A stretch of 28,855 bases of DNA, taken from contig JABMPZ010000093.1 of the NCBI GenBank assembly GCA_013203565.1, forward strand, positions 1-28,855. The letters are read 5' to 3'. Positions 9,185 to 17,210 of this stretch are shown piece by piece (the first letter of the stretch is position 1; every line of letters begins with the position of its first letter). The DNA is from Parcubacteria group bacterium. GTDB lineage: Bacteria > Patescibacteriota > Minisyncoccia > Minisyncoccales > CG1-02-41-26. Made by a program: the position numbers and the translations under genes. The notes beneath the pieces were generated by a model that worked only from the letters and a program-made list of their open reading frames with translations, was not told the DNA's origin and made no database searches.

Positions 9185-10352
9185 ATTTTTTGGATTTCTT
9201 GAACAATAGAGGGCTTAGATAATTTATAGTGAAAAAACATAACACAATAATTATAGGTATTACAGGCAGGGCAAGTCTGGGAAGGGGGGAGCCAATGGCA
9301 TAGCCCGCCCAGAAATAAGCAACACATAGCCAGAGCAGTAATATCTTTTTTTGTTTTAAGAATTTCCAACTGAATATAGCAAGAGCTAAGATTAAGAAGA
9401 AGACAATTCTATAAATTAAGATTAATTGTTTTGCATTAGGGAATTTGTCTGTTATGGCTTCAGCTCGTTTACCTGTGGCACCTGGGTTCCAGAAAAGATA
9501 AATATTTTTTAGGTAAGAGGTTTTACTTTCTTGTAGTATTTGTTCTTGTGGTATTATACTATCTCTTTCTATGTCTTGCATATTGCTGATTTCGGATTTA
9601 ACAGGAGATAATTCGTTAAACTCTTTATAATTTCTTATAGTCCAAGGAGCAAGAGCTACAATAAAAGCCACAATGAAAAGTAAGAGTTTTAGAAAGTTTC
9701 TTGATTTGCGGAATTGTGGAATAAAAATCAATATACATATAGCGAGCCAGAAAGGAAGCAACATAATCATTGGTCTTGTTAAAGCGTAAAGACCTAATAC
9801 AACCCCAAGTCCGACACTTTTTAGGTAAGTAGGGGTTTTTTGAAACAATAACAAAAGATACATTGAGATTATTAAGAAAAGAGCAAGAGCAATTTCAGGT
9901 AGAATTAAATTACTGTAAAGTAAAAAATAAGGCCAAGTAGCCGTTACTAAGCCAGCTGCTAAAGCAAGAGAGTATTTTATGCTTAGCCGTTTACAGATAA
10001 GGTAAACAAATACGCCAATGAGTCCTAAGAATAAAAGTTGAATTACCTTGATAGCGTTGTAGTTATTTCCCGCAACAGAATAGATTACAGCCAAAGAGTA
10101 GGGATAGCCAGGAGTTTCATTAGCAGAGGAACCATTATTCCACACAAAGCCATTACCGTTTGATAAATTTTGAGCTATTTCATCATAAGCTGTGGATTGC
10201 TCTTTCATCTCAAATACAGGCATATATTTCAACCAAATACCTCCTGCAGTAATAACCACAACAAAAATCGCAGTTATTGCAATGATGTTCTTTAATGCGC
10301 GTGGGTCAGTTGATTTACGAATTTTTGTGAATAATGTTTTTATTGATTTCAT
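9171..10352 (-). CDS. GT-C fold membrane glycosyltransferase (PMT_2 / ArnT-like), paralog 2
   Basis: Colinear with paralog 1: AYDEIAQNLSNGNG, PGYP, WPYFLLYSNLILPE, LTRP, PWTIRNY, NIYLFWNPGATG, PRLALP. Confidence 0.82.
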   Translation of the reverse strand: MKSIKTLFTKIRKSTDPRALKNIIAITAIFVVVITAGGIWLKYMPVFEMKEQSTAYDEIAQNLSNGNGFVWNNGSSANETPGYPYSLAVIYSVAGNNYNAIKVIQLLFLGLIGVFVYLICKRLSIKYSLALAAGLVTATWPYFLLYSNLILPEIALALFLIISMYLLLLFQKTPTYLKSVGLGVVLGLYALTRPMIMLLPFWLAICILIFIPQFRKSRNFLKLLLFIVAFIVALAPWTIRNYKEFNELSPVKSEISNMQDIERDSIIPQEQILQESKTSYLKNIYLFWNPGATGKRAEAITDKFPNAKQLILIYRIVFFLILALAIFSWKFLKQKKILLLWLCVAYFWAGYAIGSPLPRLALPVIPIIIVLCFFTINYLSPLLFKKSKKSKQN

Positions 10353-10374
10353 ATAATTTTGTTTGCTAAATATT

Positions 10375-10403
10375 TTGTAACTGTCTCATTATTATGGTAT
10401 CAT
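10375..10403 (+). promoter_or_regulatory. Putative sigma70 promoter P1
   Basis: TTGTAA (10375-10380), 17-bp spacer, TG-G-TATCAT (-10 at 10398-10403). Confidence 0.5.
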
Positions 10404-10533
10404 AATTATAGTTTAGAGGCAAATTAGATAGTTTTAAAATGAAAATACTTATAAAACTATGGGTTATGGAGAAGCTTTAATTCGGACTGGTCTTGCCATG
10501 AACTTATTAGTATTATTGCTACCTGTTTAGGGG

Positions 10534-10562
10534 TTGAAAGATATAGTTTTTTTTGTTATAAT
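10534..10562 (+). promoter_or_regulatory. Near-consensus sigma70 promoter P2 for the 10574-24814 gene run
   Basis: TTGAAA (10534-10539), exactly 17 bp, TATAAT (10557-10562) with extended -10 TG at 10554-10555. It lies 11 nt before ATG 10574. Confidence 0.75.
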
Positions 10563-10573
10563 TTTTATCATAT

Positions 10574-11527
10574 ATGTTCGAAGACATGAAAAAACAATTC
10601 CATCAAAACAAGACCATTCTTATTACAGGTGGCGCAGGGTTTATCGGCTCTTCTATTGCTGAAAGGGTTTGTCGTGATAATAAGGTTATTGTTCTAGATG
10701 ACCTCTCAACCGGCGCAAAGGAGAATTTGAGCGGTCTTGTTCTTGATTTTAGGCAAGGACATACAAGTCAAATAGCCGAGTTGGTTCCTGAAAAAGTGGA
10801 CTTAATTTTTCATTTGGGAATTGCTTCATCAACCATGCTTTATCTTAATGATAGAACATTGGTTGGCAGAGAAATCAATGGTTCAATAGCTGTTTTTGAG
10901 AAAGCAGTAAGAGATAAAGCCAAGGTGGTAATAGCTTCCTCGTCTTCTATTTATAATCAGGGGGATTTTCCTTCCAAAGAAAACCAAGCAGTAAAGATAA
11001 CTGATTTTTATACTGAATGCCGGCTTTCTATTGAGCGCTTGGCCGAGCTTTATTCTATTTTGTACAATATGAGAGCAGTTTGCTTGCGGATGTTTGCTGT
11101 TTACGGGGGTTTGAGAGAGAAAGGCAAGACCAAATTTGCTAATATGGTGACGAAGTTTCTTTGGCGAATGATGGATGGTAAAAATCCTGTTTCTTATGGT
11201 GATGGCACTCAAACTCGGGATTTTACCTATATAGACGACATTGTTGATTGTTGGCTTTTATCAGCTCTTTGGGACAAATCAAGATTTGAAATTTTCAATT
11301 TAGGCACTGGCAAGGAGTATGATTTTAATGCTGTCGGGGAGATTATTAATAAGGTTATAGGCACTAATTTGGAGATGCAATACGAACCCAATCCTTTGCC
11401 TAATTTTGTTTTTCGCGCTTGGGCTGATACAGGAAAAGCAGAGAAATTGCTTGGTTTTTCTGCCAAAATAACCCTGGAACAAGGCATTAAAAAGCTTCAT
11501 GAATCTACATTAAAAGACCAGGAGTAA
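10574..11527 (+). CDS. NAD-dependent nucleotide-sugar epimerase/dehydratase (extended SDR)
   Basis: ILITGGAGFIGS, LDDLSTG, ASSSSIY, LRMFAVYG, YGDGTQTRDFTYIDD, FNLGTG. The catalytic motif reads YTECR. Alternative start at 10586. Confidence 0.9.
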   Translation: MFEDMKKQFHQNKTILITGGAGFIGSSIAERVCRDNKVIVLDDLSTGAKENLSGLVLDFRQGHTSQIAELVPEKVDLIFHLGIASSTMLYLNDRTLVGREINGSIAVFEKAVRDKAKVVIASSSSIYNQGDFPSKENQAVKITDFYTECRLSIERLAELYSILYNMRAVCLRMFAVYGGLREKGKTKFANMVTKFLWRMMDGKNPVSYGDGTQTRDFTYIDDIVDCWLLSALWDKSRFEIFNLGTGKEYDFNAVGEIINKVIGTNLEMQYEPNPLPNFVFRAWADTGKAEKLLGFSAKITLEQGIKKLHESTLKDQE

Positions 11528-11559
11528 ACACAATTGCCAAGTATCTAATTAATCTAACC

Positions 11560-12651
11560 ATGGTCGTTTTCTTTTCTAAATCAAAATGTAAAAGCCTGAT
11601 TGCTAAATCAAGGAGTTTGCTCTCTAATTTGACCGTAAGTAGAAAACGCGGCTTGTTTTACATTGTTGAAGTAGGTGGCTGGTCAATTAAATGGGATGGA
11701 CAATATATTACTAAAAATCTTAACAAATTGAACCTGCTCCAATCAAGAATCACTACTACTCATTTGGGCGCAAGAAATAAAATTATTCATTTTGGGAGCG
11801 TGAACATTTTTTTAAAAGAAAATGGTTCACGAAGACCCCATAAATCTAATAAAGTAGTTTTAACATGGTTTCATTTCGTTCCTGGACACAAAAGAAACAA
11901 AAATATCCTCTCCTCGCAAAATAGATTAAGTTTTCTGCACACTTCCTGTAATATAACAAAAAATAAGCTCATATCTTTTGGAGTAAACCCAGAAAAAATA
12001 AAGGTTATTCCATTAGGCGTTGATTTATCTTTGTTTAAGCCATGTAGTCAAGAGAAAAGGCAGGCCTTAAGAAAAGAACTTGACATTCCAGTAGGTAAGG
12101 TTGTTGTTGGTTCTTTTCAAAAAGACGGTGTTGGATGGGGTGAGGGTTTAGAGCCTAAGCTGATAAAAGGACCTGACATTTTTGTAAAAGTAGTTTCTCT
12201 ATTGGCAAAACATTATCCGATTTTTGTTTTATTGGCAGGCCCTGCCAGGGGCTATGTTCAAAAAGAGCTTAAAAAGAGAAATATACCTTATATAAGTTTA
12301 GGACACAGGACACTTTCAGAAGTGGCAGAATATTATCATGCTTTGGATATGTATTTAATTACTTCCAGAATTGAAGGGGGACCTAAGGCAATTTTGGAAG
12401 GCATGGCCTCAGCAGTGCCAGTTGTTTCTACTAAGGTTGGTATGGTGGGAGATATTACTACAGACAACAGAGATGTATTATTAGGGGAGGTTGAAGATAT
12501 ACAAGGACTTTTTCAAAAAGCAAGTCAGCTTATTGAAAATGCAAATTTAATGGAGCAACTCAAACAAGGAGGTTTGAAAACAGCGCAGAATTATTCTTGG
12601 TCTAAAATTGCTCAAAGATATTATCAAGAGATTTACAAACATTTGTTATGA
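11560..12651 (+). CDS. GT4 (GT-B) glycosyltransferase
   Basis: IPLGVD, KGPDIF, YHALDMYLITSRIEGGPKAILEGMASAVPVVSTKVG. Confidence 0.88.
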   Translation: MVVFFSKSKCKSLIAKSRSLLSNLTVSRKRGLFYIVEVGGWSIKWDGQYITKNLNKLNLLQSRITTTHLGARNKIIHFGSVNIFLKENGSRRPHKSNKVVLTWFHFVPGHKRNKNILSSQNRLSFLHTSCNITKNKLISFGVNPEKIKVIPLGVDLSLFKPCSQEKRQALRKELDIPVGKVVVGSFQKDGVGWGEGLEPKLIKGPDIFVKVVSLLAKHYPIFVLLAGPARGYVQKELKKRNIPYISLGHRTLSEVAEYYHALDMYLITSRIEGGPKAILEGMASAVPVVSTKVGMVGDITTDNRDVLLGEVEDIQGLFQKASQLIENANLMEQLKQGGLKTAQNYSWSKIAQRYYQEIYKHLL

Positions 12652-13682
12652 AAATTCATATTGCATACAATTTTAAGCAAGGTCCATGGGGTGGAGGTAA
12701 TCAGTTCTTAAAATCCCTGAAAGAAGAGTTCAAGAGAAGGGGAGTGTATGTGGAAGAGCCTGATGGCGCTGATGTTGTTTTATTTAACAGCCATCATCAA
12801 TTGGGAGATGCCTTAAAAATAAAGTTGAAGCATTCAGAAAAGATACTAATTCACCGCCTTGGTCCTGTTTTTTATTACCATCGTGGCAAGCGTTGGAAAA
12901 AATACGATAAGCAAATTATTAAATTGAGTAACAAAGTATCTAACGGAGTTGTTTTCCAGTCAAACTGGTCGCTGAATGAGGCGCTTCGGCTCGGTTTTAA
13001 CAAAGAAATTCCTCATAAAGTAATTTTTAATGCTACTGATGCGTCTTTTTTCAATAAAAACAATAAAAAATCTTTTAACACGCAACAAAAAATTAAGCTT
13101 ATGGCTATGAGTTGGTCTGCTAATTTGCAGAAAGGATTTGATATATATCAGTATTTAGATGAAAATCTTGATTTTTCAAAATATGAAATGACTTTTGTTG
13201 GAAACGCGCCCGTGAAGTTTAAGAATATAAAACAAATTAAGCCGTCAGAAACAAAAGAAGTAGCTATGTTATTGAAGCAAAATGACATCTTTGTTTTCGC
13301 CTCTAAAAACGAGGCCTGTTCAAATGCTTTAATTGAAGCTATGTCGTGTGGCTTGCCAGTTATTGCTCTTAACTCCGCAAGCAACGCTGAAATAGTAAAA
13401 CAAGGAGGAGAGCTTTTTCAGTCATCAAGAAATGTTATAGAAAAAATTGAAAAAGTGGCTAATAATTATGATTTTTATGCATCTGAAATTCCAGAGTTTT
13501 CAATGGACGATACAACCCAGCAATATTATTCTTTCAGCCAAAAAATATATAATAGCATAAAAGAAAACAGGAACAGCCAAAAACGAATTGGGCTTTCAAC
13601 AAAAATTAGCTTTATTAAGCTGAAGTTTTTGTTTGATTCAGTCGTTTTATTTGATAAAATAGGTCATAAGTCAAATAGATAA
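12648..13682 (+). CDS. GT4 (GT-B) glycosyltransferase
   Basis: GPWGGGNQFL, IFNATD, KGFD, DIFVFASKNEACSNALIEAMSCGLPVI. ATGA overlap. Confidence 0.88.
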   Translation: MKIHIAYNFKQGPWGGGNQFLKSLKEEFKRRGVYVEEPDGADVVLFNSHHQLGDALKIKLKHSEKILIHRLGPVFYYHRGKRWKKYDKQIIKLSNKVSNGVVFQSNWSLNEALRLGFNKEIPHKVIFNATDASFFNKNNKKSFNTQQKIKLMAMSWSANLQKGFDIYQYLDENLDFSKYEMTFVGNAPVKFKNIKQIKPSETKEVAMLLKQNDIFVFASKNEACSNALIEAMSCGLPVIALNSASNAEIVKQGGELFQSSRNVIEKIEKVANNYDFYASEIPEFSMDDTTQQYYSFSQKIYNSIKENRNSQKRIGLSTKISFIKLKFLFDSVVLFDKIGHKSNR

Positions 13683-13693
13683 AAACAAAAACC

Positions 13694-14518
13694 ATGAGCC
13701 CCGTATTAACCATTGTGCTTCCAATTTATAATGCAACTGGTTTTTTAGATAATCTTCTTTATTGTTTAGAAAAGTTAACATTTTCAGAGTATAAGGTATT
13801 AATTTGTGCCAAAGCCACAACTAAAAGAAAAAAGCAGAAAATAGAAAAAGTGTCAGGAAAATATAAAAATGTGGAAGTTTTTTTTCATAATCCTGGCACA
13901 TCAGGTAGCACAAGCACAGGTAAAGGAAGTGCTTTAGATATTTTAATTGGTAGAATTAATACTAAATATGGAGTAATGATGGATGCAGATGCTGTTTTTC
14001 TGAAAAAGGGTTGGGATAATATTTTGCTTCAACATTTTAATGACGAAATTAAAATTGGTGGAGCTCCAAGGGGTTCAAATAAATTTCCAAATACTTTTCC
14101 AGATAGTTTTTTAACTATTTTTGATACACAAGTTTTTAAGGACCTTAAGATTAGTATGATGCCAAGGCACAGGTCGGAGGCGCAAGGTATTGGTTGGGAT
14201 GTTGGATGGGAAATATATGACAAGTACACTAAGGCCGGATATAAATCAATCATAGCTGTAGTAAGGAATACGAGAACTTATAAACAAGGTCCTTTTGGAG
14301 GATTGCTTGGAATTGAAGAATATTATCTTGACGGAGATAATCATATTTTTGCTTCTCATTATGGCAGGGGCTGTTCTTATTTAGGTTCAGCTAAGTATAA
14401 AAAAGGAACAAATTTTATTTATCGGCTTCCTAAAATTGGTCGTGTGTTCAGAATGATTAAAGGTAAGCGGGAAAAAGGCAAGTGGCTCAAAATTTGCAGG
14501 GGAATAGTTGAAAAATAA
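13694..14518 (+). CDS. GT-A fold (GT2-like) glycosyltransferase, divergent
   Basis: TIVLPIYN, GSALD, DxD motif MMDADAVFL, WDVGW. Confidence 0.65.
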   Translation: MSPVLTIVLPIYNATGFLDNLLYCLEKLTFSEYKVLICAKATTKRKKQKIEKVSGKYKNVEVFFHNPGTSGSTSTGKGSALDILIGRINTKYGVMMDADAVFLKKGWDNILLQHFNDEIKIGGAPRGSNKFPNTFPDSFLTIFDTQVFKDLKISMMPRHRSEAQGIGWDVGWEIYDKYTKAGYKSIIAVVRNTRTYKQGPFGGLLGIEEYYLDGDNHIFASHYGRGCSYLGSAKYKKGTNFIYRLPKIGRVFRMIKGKREKGKWLKICRGIVEK

Positions 14519-14566
14519 ATTTAACTATATCTATCTGTTAGGTTAAAATAAATTGTGAAAAAAAAT

Positions 14567-15403
14567 ATGCAGAAAAATAAAATAAATGTATTTGGTCGCA
14601 ATATAACATCACAATATGGTGAAGATGGCATAATAGAATACATATTAAAGCATATCAATACCAATAAAATATGTGTTGAATTTGGCGCATGGGACGGCAA
14701 GTTTTTATCAAACACATTTTCACTTTGGCACGATAATAAATGGCAAGGAATTTTAGTAGAGGCAGATAAAGAGAAGTGCGATGCCCTTAAAAAAAGATAT
14801 TCATCGTATAATATAAATGTATTTAATAAACTTTTAGAGCCGAAAAGGGAGAATAGCATTGATGCGTTGTTTAAGAATAATCAACTTAATCCAAATGTTG
14901 GGCTTATATCAATTGACATAGATTCATTTGATTATCATATATGGAAGAATATGGAATATGTGAACCCTGATATTGTTATTATTGAACACAATCCTACAAT
15001 ACCTGGTTATGTTGAATATTATGACCCAGAGGGGGAGACATTTCTTAAGTGCTCGGCTAAAGCACTTGAAACTCTTGGCAAGAGCAAGGGATATAAACTG
15101 ATCTGTTGCACTAAAACGAATAGTATTTTTATTAAAAATGAGCTTTTCAATAATGAGTTTTTTCCTGATATGCCCGTAGAGTATTTATTTGATTATAGTT
15201 TTTGTTCATCACCTATATTATCTGCTGATAGAAATCCTGTGCATAATCTGATCCCTATTTTTTATGGTTCGCCCAATAAATTTCACAAGATTTGTTATCC
15301 AATAATCAATAGAATACTTGCATTATTAAGACATAAAAATTATAAAAGACCTTCCAAAAAAATTATTGCGCAATGTGAAAAAGCAGGCATTACAGTTTTA
15401 TAA
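14567..15403 (+). CDS. FkbM-like / SAM methyltransferase-like protein
   Basis: SQYGEDGII, VEFGAWDG, GILVEAD, SIDIDSFDY, IIEHN. ATG 14567 preferred over GTG 14555. Confidence 0.6.
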   Translation: MQKNKINVFGRNITSQYGEDGIIEYILKHINTNKICVEFGAWDGKFLSNTFSLWHDNKWQGILVEADKEKCDALKKRYSSYNINVFNKLLEPKRENSIDALFKNNQLNPNVGLISIDIDSFDYHIWKNMEYVNPDIVIIEHNPTIPGYVEYYDPEGETFLKCSAKALETLGKSKGYKLICCTKTNSIFIKNELFNNEFFPDMPVEYLFDYSFCSSPILSADRNPVHNLIPIFYGSPNKFHKICYPIINRILALLRHKNYKRPSKKIIAQCEKAGITVL

Positions 15404-15420
15404 TCATCTCATCAATCCCT

Positions 15421-16440
15421 ATGTCTAATAGTGATAAATTTAAGCAAATTGAATTTGAAGAAATAAAAGAATGTCCTTTTTGTTCTTCAGAACAAATTAA
15501 GTTCTTATTTTCAGCGCCTGAACGGCTTACTGATTTACCGGGGATATTTTCTGTTTATCAATGTCAAGAGTGTGGTTTGGCTTTTCAAAACCCGCTTGTT
15601 AGAGAAGAATATATTGGATTATATTACACTGAAAGATTGGGGTACTATTCGCCATCAGCCAACAAAGACAAGGAGCCACATGGATTAAAGAAATTTTTAA
15701 CAGAGCATATACTGGTTAATCACCTAAAGTATGATTTTAAAAAAAAGAATATATTTCTACTTTTTCTTACCCTACCGCTTAAAAGATTTTTGAAAACTCG
15801 TATTTTTCCTGATTTTAAGCAAGGAGGAAAATTTTTAGATATTGGTTGCGCTGGCGGGAGGTTGCTCAGTAGAATGAAAAAAATGGGCTGGGACACAACA
15901 GGAATTGAAATGCATAAGAAAACCGCTAATTATGCCCAAGAGCAATTAGGGCTTAAGGTTTTTAATAAAAGAATTGAAGACGCGGATTTTCCAGAGCAAG
16001 AGTTTGATGCAATAGTAATGAGTATGGTTTTAGAGCATTTATATCATCCTTTTATGTCATTAGAAAAAATCACAAAATGGTTAAAAAAAGACGGTCAGCT
16101 TATATTTTCCATTCCTTATTTTAATGGTTTTGAATTTAATAGATTTAGGGGTTATTCTTTTGGGCTTCAATTACCTATTCATATAACTTTTTTAAGTAAA
16201 AAAGTTATTAAGCAACACTTAACTACTTTAGGGTATAAAGATATAAAATTTTATCATCAGTTTTTTGACAGAGATATAATAGCTTCAGCCAGAAACAAGT
16301 ATAAAGATACAGGGGTCTGGTTTTACAAAATACTTGGACACAATAAAATAGTAAGGATATTATTAGTTCGACCATTTGTTTTTTTACTTGCATTATTTAA
16401 TAAAACAAGTCGTATTACTGTTTATGCTAAAAAGATATGA
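15421..16440 (+). CDS. Class I SAM methyltransferase with N-terminal Cys (Zn-ribbon-like) domain
   Basis: CPFC...CQECG, FLDIGCAGG, TGIE, FDAIVMSMVLEHLYHP, HITF. Confidence 0.85.
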   Translation: MSNSDKFKQIEFEEIKECPFCSSEQIKFLFSAPERLTDLPGIFSVYQCQECGLAFQNPLVREEYIGLYYTERLGYYSPSANKDKEPHGLKKFLTEHILVNHLKYDFKKKNIFLLFLTLPLKRFLKTRIFPDFKQGGKFLDIGCAGGRLLSRMKKMGWDTTGIEMHKKTANYAQEQLGLKVFNKRIEDADFPEQEFDAIVMSMVLEHLYHPFMSLEKITKWLKKDGQLIFSIPYFNGFEFNRFRGYSFGLQLPIHITFLSKKVIKQHLTTLGYKDIKFYHQFFDRDIIASARNKYKDTGVWFYKILGHNKIVRILLVRPFVFLLALFNKTSRITVYAKKI

Positions 16441-17165
16441 AACATTTAATTAAGAAAATTAAAAAAGGGAAGAAGATATTTAATTTAATTGGGTTAGATA
16501 TTATTAAAATTGCTAAAAGTCCAAAGTATTCGTTTTTAGGATTAAAAAATTTACCTATTAAAACAATTATAGATGTTGGGGCAAATAAAGGACAGTTTGC
16601 GAAGAGAGCTGCAGATATTTTTCCAGATGCTCATATATATAGCTTTGAACCCGTGCCAAGGGCTTATAAGATATTAGATGAGTGGATAAAACAAGCAAAA
16701 GAAAAAAGATTTACTGCCTATAATTTAGCATTAGGCGAAAACGAAGGAACCGTAGAGATGTTTGATCATATTGGACATAGTTCATCGTCATCTTTTCTTA
16801 AAACTACAAAAGTTAGTGAGAGTATGTATCCATTTACCAAAAAACAAGAGTCCATTCCTGTAAAATTAACTACTTTAGATAATTGGTCAAAAAATTTACA
16901 CTCTCAATTACCAAATGACATCCTTATCAAATTAGATGTGCAGGGATATGAAGATAGGGTAATTAAAGGAGGGTCTGAAACATTTAATATGGCAAAGACC
17001 TGTATTTTAGAAGTTTGTTTAGATAAATTGTATGAAAATCAGGCAACTTTCAAACAATTATCCGACTTACTCTATAATCTTGGATATCGCTATGCTGGTA
17101 ACTTAGAGCAGAGTTATGCTGAAGATGGGCATGTGATATTTATTGACGCTATCTTCACAAAATAA
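16437..17165 (+). CDS. FkbM-family methyltransferase
   Basis: IIDVGANKGQF, YSFEP, NLALGE, TTLD, IKLDVQGYED. ATGA overlap. Confidence 0.9.
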   Translation: MKHLIKKIKKGKKIFNLIGLDIIKIAKSPKYSFLGLKNLPIKTIIDVGANKGQFAKRAADIFPDAHIYSFEPVPRAYKILDEWIKQAKEKRFTAYNLALGENEGTVEMFDHIGHSSSSSFLKTTKVSESMYPFTKKQESIPVKLTTLDNWSKNLHSQLPNDILIKLDVQGYEDRVIKGGSETFNMAKTCILEVCLDKLYENQATFKQLSDLLYNLGYRYAGNLEQSYAEDGHVIFIDAIFTK

Positions 17166-17169
17166 CAGA

Positions 17170-17201
17170 TGAAAGGAGCTAAGCTCCTTGCACTCCTTTC
17201 A
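17170..17201. repeat. Nested inverted-repeat element (two mutually exclusive hairpins)
   Basis: TGAAAGGAG (17170-17178) pairs with CTCCTTTCA (17193-17201). AAGGAGC (17173-17179) pairs with GCTCCTT (17183-17189). Confidence 0.75.
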
Positions 17202-17210
17202 CATACTAAT

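Noticed and set aside
10574-11527. UDP-sulfoquinovose synthase (SqdB/Agl3) given the sulfur context
   Set aside because: Shorter than SqdB and shows no SqdB-specific motifs that I recognise. The context uses PAPS rather than sulfite.
560-15746. A8/T8 homopolymers in coding regions (560-567, 1801-1808, 3186-3193, 13878-13885, 15739-15746) as phase-variation switches
   Set aside because: Expected in AT-rich, Lys/Phe-rich genes. All ORFs are in frame and no long G/C tracts are present.
17169-17210. ATG 17169 as the methyltransferase start (MKGAKLLALLSHTN)
   Set aside because: The extension is just the translation of the hairpin element. ATG 17211 fits better, though this is not proven.
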